A DNA stretch of 64,000 nucleotides from Botryllus schlosseri (Eukaryota), in the NCBI GenBank assembly GCA_051294905.1, contig CM119373.1:4714001-4778000 (forward strand). Reading direction: 5' to 3'. The position numbers and the translations under genes were made by a program. The notes beneath the pieces were generated by a model. The model had not been told where the DNA came from. It was given only the letters and a program-made list of their open reading frames with translations, and did not search any database. This document shows, one piece after another, positions 51,986 through 64,000 of the stretch (position 1 is its first letter; every line of letters starts with the position of its first letter).

Positions 51986-53239
51986 CCTTTGACTTAAAAC
52001 GTAAAACGACATGCAAGGTATATCGCGACGAGTCATGTTCAGCGTGCGGGTCCATCATTATTAGTCAGCTGAACGCGACCTCGCAAGACACCCCTCATGA
52101 TAGCCATCATCAGCCTTTGTTGATTGCAATACGAGGGGTATCTGTTGAACCGCGCTAAGTGTTCTTCGATCCGTATCTCCGGAAAAATCTTTCGCATCGA
52201 GGCGACGACTTCGTTCGAACTCCACGTTCGACTTTGGCATCATCATCAGCGTCAGCGCGGTATTAGGTTGTACGCTCATCGTGCACGATAACGTTTTCAA
52301 AGTCAGACTATCACTGTCGATCTGCAGGCAAGGAACACAACGAACACAACAGTTGCCTAACTAGGCAAGTCTCGATATCTTAGGCATATTTGCGACCGAT
52401 CCTCGCGAAAGTAATGAATCTCAGCCCGGTGATAACCGAAGACGAAGAAGCAAATGGAGAGAAAAAGAGGTTTGAGGACGGGCAACAGACCGTGCATCCT
52501 GTACACGAATCCCTTTTGTCTGCTGACTAAGTAGCATCGCAACAAAGCAATAAATAGGCGGTAGCATCGTACGACACTTTCGTTTATTTACTGAAAAAAC
52601 ACGAATATATCGTACTTAGTCGCGCGCCGCGTACAACTAGATTATTTGTGCATGAGGGCATCGCCACGCCATACAGCCGCGCATCGATATCTTATTCTTC
52701 GAGTGGGTTGCGACGGTTGTACTTTGTCCGACGGAATTTCTTCTCGCACGGCGTTGCTTGCCTCGTCGGCACACTTGTTTGGGCTGGGAGGGCGATTGCA
52801 ACTCAAATGATGACGAGAATGGATGTCGTGGACGTGAGGTTGCCGTTCGCGTTCCACGCTCGCGTTCACAAACGAACCTTGATAGATTCTGCAATGTAAA
52901 TAGGGTTGCATTTGGAACCAAAATCAATTGAAAACAAACATGTTTGAAACGAGGCCCTCCTCCTTGACTTGGAACGTTTTCAAGCCACGACGACAGGAAT
53001 ATTGAATTGTTGGGTCATAATGCATATTGACAATTGAAAATATAGCTCTTATAGCTCCTTTGACGAAATATCTTTAATATACTGTTGACCCGACTATGAA
53101 GGTTCCAACCTCCATATCGATATAGGTTGGCTAAATCGGGGGGTAGGTGTCCGCAGGATCGATCATACATGTTTTTGGAAAAGTATTATTACACAATTTA
53201 TGGATGGCATGATTTTGCAACCTAAAAAACACACTTGAA

Positions 53240-53930
53240 CACGTTTTTATACCATTGTTTAAAACACATGACGAGCTTCTTGTTCCGAGAACATCGGAAG
53301 ATCCCAATAATTCGGCGGAGTGTCAGAGACGGTTTTCGCCATTCTGTCCGCTTTTTCATTGCCGTGGATGCAGATGCGCAAAGCTGTGTGTGCTCTGTAT
53401 GGTATGGTATTCTATCTTCGTCAGGTGGATAGCGGGCGCAAAGAAGTACACCGGCATTCCGTATTCCATGAAGCGAATGAGGTATCGGTAGACAAACCGG
53501 AGACTCTTCCTCTACTAACTCCTCAACTTGTGCCAGTGAGATCTCTCAACAAATTTAGTCTTTCACAGCATTTAGATATGATGTATTCGATATGTGCTCT
53601 GTGGGATAGCCTCTTGTCAAACTCGACGCCGAGATATTTCCATGTTTCCACGAACGGTATATTTGCACCATCCAGTTGAAGAGCAAGGAGGAATTTTTTC
53701 CCTCGTAAGTAACATTGCAACGGTTTTGAATTTGGACAAGGGCATACATACCCAACTTGTCACACCATTCTTGTATGCAGTCCAGGGGACGCTGTATTGG
53801 CGGTAGTAGATTTGGGATGGAGAGACCGCAGTCCGAAAGTATTAGGTCGCTAACGAAGGGTGCAAGGGGTGTTGACCAACAATGGAATCGGCCATAATGT
53901 TTGCAAAGAGCAGAGGACTGGTGACACTAT
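53240..53930 (-). mobile_element. LINE (I/Nimb-like) reverse transcriptase remnant
   Basis: SPLLFANIMAD; decayed YADD region; IQRPLDCIQEWCDK; KTVAML; WKYLGVEFDKRL; YRYLIR.MEYG; stops and frameshifts present; cut by a hAT end at 53933. Confidence 0.85.
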
Positions 53931-56520
53931 ACCAGGGGTTCTTAACCCGCGGGCCGCAAGCGGCCCGCGGTCTCGTTCATTACGAACGCAATTACTACTG
54001 TTCTGAATCAGTATTGGTATGGGCCTTTAATTTTTCACTAGTCTGCGTGTACTCACCAACTCAACGCGCGCTCCCTTGGACAACAGTGCGTGACGACTGA
54101 AAGAAACGTCATCACTTCGGCTTTTTGGCGACTTTGTCAGCAGTGTGCGGCCGCGCACGCGCGCAGCTTGAATTTGATGAATTTGCTTTCTCATAAATGT
54201 AAAACCTATATTTGTCGCAGAACAGTTGTCGTAACGAAGCATAGAAGCTTAAAACGATACCACTAAAGTTTATTCTAGGTTACATATCACCTGTTCTTAG
54301 AAAAAACGTTACTATACCTAGGCGTCAAGCCCAGTAATACGTAGTTCGAGGAATTATTAAAATTGCCGACGACGTTACAGACGCTTTGGAATATCGCTAA
54401 ACCCAAGAAATCTGCTAGAGAAGGTGTGATTTCACTAATACTTCAACATATTGTGCGAATATTCGCTGTTTCCGGGAGTTAACAGCAATGTTTCCTCCAA
54501 GCTGGGCACGTGCACAAATGCGCAGTGCTGACACGATCTGTGCGCACAGAAAATCTAAGTTGCGCACAAAAATCCGAAATGATGACCCTTTTTATAGTCT
54601 TTACGCACGGTTGTCCAAGGGTCTGCGCAGTAAGTTGGTGAGCGTGCGCAGACTCGTCAAAATTAGAGGGAACACTGCTGAGCAGCATTTCTACATTAGT
54701 TTACCAGCTTAAAAACTTAAATCACCTCACCTAAATAAGGCAGTGGTATGCGTTATAGTCAGGCCTGGCAAAGTGCGGCCCGCGGACCACATGCCGCCCG
54801 CGTAGCCATTCTGTCCGGCCCGCGAAAGGCAACTTAGAATTCTCAACATAAAACCTGCTTTTTGAATGTTGACGCGTGGACCAAAACCACAGGCTGCCTG
54901 AACTAAACAGGAAATACGTTGACTGTGAAGCCTGTTCATTAATAGGCCATGCACGATTACGCTTCCTACGTATCTCACATGCATAATCCAGATTCAAAAT
55001 AAAGGCAATGTAACAAAGTAGCAATTAACGTCGCAAGAAATCACTATTTCCATATAGTTTTGGTCAAACCTTCTTTGTTGCCATTGTCATGTGTTTCAAA
55101 TTGTCACGTGAGGCATTTCCAAATCCCCCAGTTCGTAAAACAAGTCAATCAGTGCTCGCTACTACTATATGACTCATCATATATATCACCCAAAAATGAT
55201 GAACAGGCATGTCAAAAAATAAAGCCGAAAGCGAAGGTTAGAGCACTGGAGGGGGCGGTGGCGCTTTTGAAGGGAGGCGGAAACGCTCAGGGGGCGAAAT
55301 GGGGGGCGCTGGGCTCAGGGGGGCGGTATGGGGGGCGCTGGAGGAAAATGGCTTCGCAGTAGATGATGTGGTGGTAGGACATATCCTTAATGAGTATTCA
55401 GAGCAAATTAACACCGAAAACTTCGTTACAAATAGCCTTCAAAATACATATAGGTTTAATTGTCCATGGGCGCCTAAAGGTTTAATTGTCCATGGGCGCC
55501 TAAATGACTGACACCGAATGTTCCTGTCTTGGCAATCTGAACCCCAGAAGACGAATTCCATCTGGCAGGGAAAAATTATATGTCAGTGAAGAAATACCAA
55601 TCTGAAATCGTGTGCGTCTTTTAGTTTAGTACGATTGGGCGACAGGATATTCCTGTTAGGCGATATCCCCGTTGAGCGATTCTATATTTTTTGATATTGC
55701 AGACAGGGGGTCACGAAATAACATCATGCAACGAAGTCATACTAACGGGTTCGCCCGCCCGAATATGTTTAATTATTAGTAACGGGCCCTACAGTTTCCA
55801 AGAAACCTCACAATGTTCGCTTTAAGTTTTGATGAGTCTGCGCACACTCAACAACTCACTGCGCTGACCCCTGGACAACACTGCGTATCGACTAAAAAAA
55901 GGTAATAACTTCGGATTTGTTGTGCGCAGAGACCGTGTCAGCACTGCGCACGTGCGCAGCTTAGAGGGTACATTGCACCTCACTCAGCTCTTCCGGTAAA
56001 CACTACGTGAGCAGAGAGAGGATAAAAATTAATCTCAATTTACATGCAATTCCCGATGATATTGACCAAGTCAATCATTAATTAGTGAAATTTTTCGCGC
56101 TTCGCGTGACTAGGCGAGAATAGCTGCCTCAGTAAATGGACACCGAATGTAGATGCCTAACAGGCTTTCAGCAAATAGAGGACAGCCTAAAAGGGGTCTG
56201 GGAGTGAAGTCCCCCGGAAGCTTGGTTTATCACCCGATGGGGACCCAGGACCAACGTTTTTTTGTTTGGGGGGGCTGACGAAGTGCTGTTACGGCCCTGG
56301 TAACGATGCTCTATTTTTAATTTCTACAGATTCGCGACTGTCAGGCACACATCAATAACCTTAATACCAAGGGAAAGCCTTTTATGGGTGGGCAGATCAT
56401 TCATTCCACCAATCTGCACGAGTTATGACGAATTTTAGCAGATGAAACACACAAGTCAAATGGGTCATGAAATTTGTCGTTCCACATTGCACGATTTTAA
56501 TGTTTGTAATATACTTAGAA

Positions 56521-57331
56521 CAATGGTTCTCAACCTTTTTGTCTTCGCGGACCCTTTTCGGACCGTCACGGACGCCCACGAAGTTTTAGTTCAATTTTAG
56601 CTTAATTATCGATCGTGCAATCGTCATCTGTCTTGTGCAACTCAGAAATGTGGGCTTAATGATAAACCCCAACAAAATGACTTTTCAGGAAAATTAGATC
56701 ATGCACTATTCACGTAGAAATCTGGTTGACTATTATTTCAAAGCGAATTCTGCAACTGCATTTCTTGAAATACGTGGTCGTGTCTGGAAAATCCGCCCCT
56801 TCTATTTGATATGAACGAGTGCCGGTAGTGTTGGCGAATGTAATAATATCGCCTAACGCTTCCGACGGCACATATGAGGTATCATCGCAAAAAATATGCC
56901 ACTAAAGTTGACAAAAAAAATTTACTTATTTATTGAACATATAACGTCAAGCCTTGGGCATTCAGATCTGGCAGCTTTAAGGTGGTTGTGTATATCACTA
57001 TCAAAGGAAGAAATGGATTTTTGCGAATATTTCGAAGTCACCATGATTAACCTTGCTCTTTTTTCCACAATCCCCAACAAAACATCTCTAAACAGAAAAA
57101 TGTTTGTATCAGTAGGTTATTGGCAATTTAGCAATTAAAATGTGTCTGCACAGTAAGATATTTCATCTCAAATGGCCATTCTGTTGATCTGAGCCCTGGA
57201 GTTTTACTAGTAATGAAGCGAAACTGCATCGTGATTTACCGAATTTAAAAACACAAATTAGGTTGTCAACTATTTTGAGGCTTCGCGGACACCCTGAGAA
57301 TGCTTCGCGGACTCCCGGTTGAGAACCACTG
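56521..57331. mobile_element. hAT/Buster-like MITE
   Basis: CAATGGTTCTCAACC...GGTTGAGAACCACTG termini; TSD ACTTAGAA/GCTTAGAA. Confidence 0.82.
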
Positions 57332-58887
57332 GCTTAGAACATGAAAGTTAGGAAATATGTTCGCTATTAGACATTACGCCGAAGCGACTCGTCTTAAACG
57401 AATGGAACAAATGCGACAAAAACCATCACCCCAATTCAAAGTTTTTTTCAAGACGGATCGACTAGACAGTTCGACGCTCTCGATGCTCGCACCGCTCTCG
57501 CTGCTGTCGGTGCTGTTGGTGGTCTGGGCGCTGTCGCCGCCTTCGCCTTCATCGGCCCCGCTGTCAGACATCTCCGACGTCTCGGTCGTGCTTTTGATGA
57601 GCATTTTTCTCGGTTTCCCCTTTCCCGGTCTCACCGACACAATTGTGCAGTCGCTGTCGCTGGTCCGCTTCTCGCCCGGTTCGTCTGCGTTCATTGAGCT
57701 TCATAATTTCCATTTTCCGGGCGAGAAGCCGATCTCGCCGTTCCGCGTACTCCTTGTCAAACCCGCATTTCGTATAAAACCAGTTATGTTGGCAATAACT
57801 CATATTTAGCGTTCTGCGAAAAACAAGATCTCATGTTATTCGCCAGGGTTTCGATCGCCTTTCAGACGGAGGGCGGGTTCATATGCTCCCCCGTCATATT
57901 AGTCCTTTTTCAGAACCCCTGGTGACTTTTTTCGGCTCGACCAAATTCGAAAAAAGCGACAACACGCCGGCTCGAGCGCCTTACAGGCCCGACTGCGACA
58001 TATCGTGCTTTGTGCGTCGCTCGGTATGGCCGTGACTTTGTCCGATTTCAAAAAAAAGCGTGAAAAATGGCCCCGACGAGCCGCCGAAGCGACTCGTCGA
58101 GACCCCAACTGAAACCGTCACCTACACCTTCACCTTCACCGATATATATACGAATTTATTCCCACACATCTGGGATGCGAGACGCCATCTCCGTCATTTT
58201 CTTAGCCAGAAATATTATCTTTTTATTTTTTTCCTCGATAATTCGCTCCAGACGATAGCTGCGAAATACCCCGTTAGCGAGACAGGTGAGTTGGACAGGC
58301 ACGTCGCTACGCGGAACCACGACGTGAACATTGCATTATCAAAAAAATTCTTAGTAATCCTTTCACTACAAGTATTCTAGAATTCACACTCTTGTCGACT
58401 CGAGGAAGTTAGAAAAGTCTTGTTCTAATCAAACTCTCGGTCTGGTGTACAAGACTCCGGTAGTCGAACACAATAAAAACCCATACCAATCGACTACATT
58501 AGACTCATCTCTCTTGCATCACCGACTTCGGAGACCGAAGGGGAATTTATTATTCTATCGAGGTACGAAACTCGATAAGGTATTTACAAGACACAGACAA
58601 CATTCGGATTACATTGAGCAGCTAGTTGTGTATTCAGCCAACGTCCAATACTTAATCTGTCTATGTCATTATCACGTGTTGCTATCTAATTAGCTTTGAA
58701 TGTGAATATGTGCGTAAGTCGGTTAGATGTACCTGCGCTGAAGCACCCCTCCCACTGAGCTCAATCTTTCCTTTCAATGAGTCCTTACCTAATAACTCGA
58801 GAATGTTCCAGATATACAGCGACACGATGAATTCACAACCTCGATGAATATTTATTTACACTGGTAAATAACCAAAAAACACAGCAT

Positions 58888-59195
58888 CTAGCTGCGTAAA
58901 TGAATAGCGAGATGTCTTTTCAAAGACAGTTGGGAAGTAAACTCTTTCCCACAAATATAACAACCGTAGCACTCCATATGTTGTATTAAGAAATGGCGGC
59001 GTAGATCACTTGTGCGCGCGAAATATTTCTCACAAATCTCACAGCCGTACATATATTTTACCGCAGCTTGCGTGGGCGTATCAGAGTTCAATGTGCTATT
59101 TTTATCAAAATGTCGGCCGCAAACCTCGCAACCGTGGTTCTTTACATCGAAGTGGCCCGTAATGTGTGTTTTGAGATTTCCTTTTTGCAGAAATC
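58888..59195 (-). pseudogene. C2H2 zinc-finger array, 3' end of a probably decayed gene
   Basis: FLQKGNLKTHITGH, CEVCGRHF (His lost), CEICEKYFARTSDLRRHFLIQH, CYICGKEFTSQLSLKRHLAIH*; in-frame stops immediately upstream. Confidence 0.75.
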
Positions 59196-59627
59196 ATTAA
59201 GCGGCTGTATGCAATATCGAAATACCCTCTCTATTAGCTCATTTGCAATTTAGCAATTCGTATTATCAGTGCCTCTAATTAGCGAGAATCGACTGGACAC
59301 CGACAGCCGTCGCTGAGCTCTCACATTGTTTGTCATTCAGTCGTACGCGAAATCGTGTGATTTTGTAGCGACACCATGCGGCGCCACCACTGTGGTCATC
59401 GAACCGTAAGTAGCTTTGTCTCATTTTCATGTCGCTTGATATATAAAGCCGTTTGATTGTACAGTACATTGCTCAGTTCGCTCAAGTGCTGCTTACGATA
59501 AACTTGTCAGTCATAGAACAGTGAATTTAGAATAGATAGAACATACAGTAAGCCAGTAATCAGGGAACAGTGCAGGAGATTGAGAATTGAAACGGCAAAG
59601 ATCTGTTGCTGGCGTACGTGAAATAAA

Positions 59628-60657
59628 ATTTAACCTCTGCAGCCTCCCATACGAAGACTGCAGTAAGTTTGAAATACAACTACACGCGGCCTGTACCGGC
59701 GCACGTAGTATACAAAACTTACTTCTGCAGCCTCCGAAAAGGAGACTGCCGTAATTTAACCTCTGCAGCCTCCCATACGAAGACTGCAGTAAGATTGAAA
59801 TACAAATACACGCGACCTATACCGGCGCACGTAGTATTAATAACTTACCTTTGCAGCTTCCCATACAGAGACTGCCGTAAGATTGAACCTACACAACTAC
59901 ACGCGGCCTGTGCCGGCGCACGTAGTATTCATAACGTACCTTTGCAACTTCCATACGGAGACTGCCGTAAGATTGACCGGCGTACGAAGTAAACAAAACT
60001 TCTGCATCCTCCCTTAAGATTGAACTACAGAGAAAGAGAGAGAGTATTTATTTTCATCGAACCAAAATACATAACAAACGGCAGTGATGGTGGTACAGAA
60101 AATATGCATGCACAGTATTCGGTATTAGATAGGAATGATCGATATGACCGTGAAGGTCATCTAGTCTGATCACACCAGCATCAAACAGGGTACACTTGAC
60201 TCTAAACAGTTTGGCTGTAAAAAAATGTTCAGTTAGTAAAGGAAAATAGAAAAAAATCAAACCATGGTAGCAAATGATCAATGTCTGGGCGAGGTGGGGC
60301 AACAGTGTTAGTGTAAAGACAAGAGGTGATCAAGTAGGGCTTTTTTGAATTTATTATAAGGCAATTCACGGCCTATACCGGCGCAAGTAGTGTTCAAAAC
60401 TCTTCTGAAGCCTCCTGTAAAAGGACACGACCGTATGATCAAATGAACTACAACTACACGCGGCCTATACCGGCGGCGTACGTAGTAATCATAACTTACC
60501 TTTGCAGCTTCCCATACGGGGCAGCTTCCCATACTCGGACTGCCGTAAGATTGAGCTACAATTACACGCGGCCTTAACCGGCGCACGAAGTAAACAAAAC
60601 TCACTTCTGCAGCGTCCCATAAGATTGAACTACACGCGGCCTATACCGGCGAACGTT
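59628..60657 (+). repeat. Tandem array of two-module units of about 85 bp (about 8 units), split by a LINE fragment
   Basis: Modules CTGCAGCCTCCCATACGAAGACTGCAGTAAG and CTACACGCGGCCTATACCGGCGCACGTAGTA recur in alternation. Confidence 0.9.
60030..60368 (-). mobile_element. 5'-truncated LINE (CR1/L2-like) 3' end
   Basis: Minus strand ELPYNKFKKALLDHLLSLH*, then UTR, AATAAA and a (TC)n tail. Confidence 0.6.
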
Positions 60658-63600
60658 ACCATACATAGTATACACATTACACAATTAGCAGTGACGCTGT
60701 CACACAAAATTTTATTACACAAATCAAAGGGTACCTACTGAATCTAACACGAACCGTGGTATCTTCACAATGATGTAACAATGGCGTATCCGGATTTGGA
60801 CACTGACATATGATAGAACGTAGATATAACTCTGCCCAAATTTTACGTAGATCCGTCGCCAAAACGTGTCCAAAATAGATAACTATGAATTAGCGTTTGT
60901 TTGTAATATTTGATCCTACGCGAAAAGCTCTGCTGATTCGATGAGCGCAGTTCCGTAAAACAGCATTTGTAATAGATGTCCACGATATCCCTAGACGTAG
61001 CTTGTATAGCAACTTACATGTGTCAAAAACAAGAGCTATTTCTAGAAAAAATTTGATGCATTTTGGCGAATCGCGTTTGAGGATTGCAACGAAATCGCAA
61101 AAAACTCTCGTGTTTCGATGAGCTCAGGAAAACACTATTTGCAGTTAAATGTCCGTGATATCTCAAGACGTAGCTTGTATGTACAAGGCTGTGGCACCAA
61201 ACATCATAAACAGGGGCATAGAATGGTTGAAAGAAAGCAAAGCCGCAATAGATTTTAAAGAGCAGAACATTTGAACTCGGCAACAATGACTGAATCACTC
61301 AAGTTCATTTAGTAGACACAGACTCTTCTACAGAAGAGAGCTAACAAAGGACATATATGTTATCATGCAACTCGATATACACACGATTCAAGTTCAGCAC
61401 AAAAGTCTCAACACATGCTTTGAATGAAGAATATAATACCAATATTAATAATGAGGGTGAATCGATACAACTTGAACATATGCTTCGGTGCAAATAACCA
61501 GTCAACAAAACTGAAATATTATTCAAAGATGTCTGGCATCGAGGGGAGGCAGACATGTCAAAGACAAGACTGGATGGTTGGAAATAATAATCAACCCACG
61601 GGGTAATCAGATATAAACATGTCCACTGTATTTGCGACATGATTGGATAAAATATTCAATTAATTAAATATTATTTACTTACAATCAAAGACTTGATTAG
61701 CCCTCTAGCCATCAAAAATGATACACGAGCAAGGTTACAATTCTAATGTCATCCTAACCCATGTCGCAATAAATTTCACTAGTGCAGAAAATGATCATGA
61801 AATTTTATAACCAAAACTTTCCACCACTCTAAAGGCTGTTGCTGTCGTGCAGCAGGAACTCCGAAAAAGCAAAATATTTTAAATAGCTGCAACATCACTG
61901 AAGACGTACAGTTGAAGTTCTTCTTCCTAACGAAAGTATACAACGACTACCAGTAGATGATTCTGTACAGCGGAGCATTTACAAAGACATGCACCTAAAG
62001 TACTGCTTCATAGCACAAGTTTACAATGACTACATTGGATGAATTTCCAAGTATGTTGAAGAGAGACGCAAAGTGGAGAAAGGACATGATCCGATTCGTC
62101 ATCCGAAGCGAATAGAACTGCACGGAGACTGGTAAAACATGGTAGGACCGGCTTCCTGGCTATGATTTTGAGATCGCCCCTATTGCTTGCAAGGAAAATT
62201 TGATGAACTGCGAAGTAGAAGACCCCTGCAACGATTAGCATTGCGTCTCATCATGTAGTCCTTCATGATGCATTTGTACCAAGACCACATCCTGAATACA
62301 TATCGATAAATACGTGCAAATTACAGCACTTATGTGTTGCTGATATTGATGCGAGGCGTGCAAATTACTGCCCAACATAACATTGAGCAGAGGCAGAGTT
62401 GTCTAAAACATGGTGCGGTGCTGGAATAATAATATTAATAAGGGTTCTAGAAGATTCGTTGGAAATTACTTGTTAACAATACTGCAAAATATTACTCGAA
62501 GATGTCTGTCATCGAGGGGATGCAGAGTTGTCAAAGACAAAGTGCGATTGGAAGTTGGGGTGAAGAATAATTAACAGACAGTTAACTCTCTCCATCAACG
62601 GTATTTTGCATCCTAATAGAATGTTAAATACCTGAAGACCAGACAGGGTGTTTATGTTGAAATGGTAGACTAGCCCAAAGCCACCAGAGACATAATAATA
62701 CAATCCCTATTATTTACATGAAACCAGGCAGGGCTTCAGAGATGATAAAAGGGCAAAGAAAATAGGGAGCTTTTCAAAAGGAACGAGCTAACAAACGGCA
62801 TTCATTATCGCGAAGAACGATAAGGAAACGACTCAATATGTCAAAGACATGCAACGATTAGACGTCACGCGTGCAATACATATAGCTGCAGCATATATAT
62901 GGACCCTGGAAAATAAATTAATAAGTCACAGGGACAGAGTAGTCGAGGATACGCCTCTGCTGGATGTAATGCAAGCCAACTACAGGTCTACGTGGAAATT
63001 GAAGAAAATGCTGCGCCTAGATGTAATGCATGCAAACCATCACACATGGCGCAGAATATAGATATTGCTGTATTGAACAAAGAAAATCCTGTCATAAGAA
63101 TGAGTGGTTAAAGATATGCTTAGATGAGACGTCATAAGGGCAAATTACTACATCTACGTGCAAATTAACGAAAATGTTGCGATTGGACGTAATGCGTGCA
63201 AAAGTATCACACATAGCGCAGTAGCAATAAATTTCAGAAGCCCCTGTAGTGTTGCATAATGCATGTTCTTCTACTGGGAGCTTGTTCAAAGATCAATTTA
63301 CAAAGAACCGCCTACAGATATGCCGAAACATGACCCTATTTGTAATTCGAAGCCAAATCGCAATAAATTTCACTAGCGCATAAAATGAAATCATGCATCT
63401 CGTGCTTTCAAATACTAGCAAGGTTAAATTGCCCAGTGTTCCCTATAGTGACGTGCAGAGACATTACCCGACAGGAGGGAGGAAAATGATAGGCTTTGCT
63501 AACGTTATATGATATCAGACTACCTAGTAACGGTTACAACATTCCAACTTCATGGAATTGTTGAGCTGTCTTCAGAGTCGATGCAAAACAAATTTAACTA

Positions 63601-63669
63601 AATTTCATCTAGTAGAAGCAGAGTTTTCCGTTGTTGATCCTCGGATTATCCACCATTCAAAGTCTATAT

Positions 63670-64000
63670 CAGTGGTTCCCAACCTTTTCCGACTCATCGC
63701 CCCCTTTTGAAACTCCACACCGATCATCGCCCCCCAAATATTAGGAACCAAAAAACAGCACTTCGTGACGCCCCCCCCCCCCCGAAAAAAAGTTGGTTTT
63801 TGGCCCCATAGGGTGATAAACCAAACCCCAGTCGCCCTCAGTTGGCTTTTTGTCGGTACATATCAGCTATACCCTACTTCATGTAGGCCTACTGTTTGGT
63901 GAGTCACCGTATTTCGTCAAAACGTACCAAACTAAAAGACGCACATGATTTCATATTGGTATTTCTTTACTGGCAAATAATTTTTTCCTTGCGGGATGGC
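63670..64000. mobile_element. Left end of a hAT-type element running off the window
   Basis: GTCTATAT|CAGTGGTTCCCAACC; internal segments shared with 20060-20120 and 20660-20735. Confidence 0.7.

Larger units (their letters stand above)
59364..60665 (+). mobile_element. Probable solo LTR of the Gypsy family at 50043 (3' boundary uncertain)
   Basis: First 145 bp or so homologous to 50043-50181; TATATAAAG at about 59440; AATAAA at 59622; no clear TSD. Confidence 0.55.

Noticed and set aside
57357..57809. 150-aa plus-strand ORF as a membrane protein
   Set aside because: Its hydrophobic Leu/Ser runs mirror the acidic Ser-rich minus-strand ORF; I cannot tell which strand, if either, is real
59628..60657. 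CRISPR-like appearance of the repeat array
   Set aside because: The intervening segments are themselves repeats rather than unique spacers, no cas genes are present, and the context is eukaryotic

Overview
Animal genomic DNA with spliceosomal GT-AG introns and roughly 60% A+T by eye. It is not prokaryotic: I see no CRISPR, operons or rRNA. The repeat landscape looks like a marine invertebrate such as an ascidian, but that is inference. The left half holds two tandem, + strand, strongly diverged pentraxin-domain genes. They share an exon plan: signal exon (found only in gene B), short Cys exon, candidate micro-exon, a 180-nt helix/Thr-rich exon and a terminal pentraxin exon. The middle (about 25.8-52.9 kb) is a multi-kb low-copy repeat in three long and two short copies, which may be decayed extra paralogs of these genes. 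The right end has a Gypsy LTR relic, LINE fragments, a decayed C2H2 zinc-finger gene, an LTR carrying a structured tandem array, and two unexplained GC-rich coding-like islands. Nested non-autonomous DNA transposons occur throughout (hAT-type with 8-bp TSDs, one TTAA element, one foldback), plus a tRNA-derived SINE family. All coordinates and alignments were read by eye.
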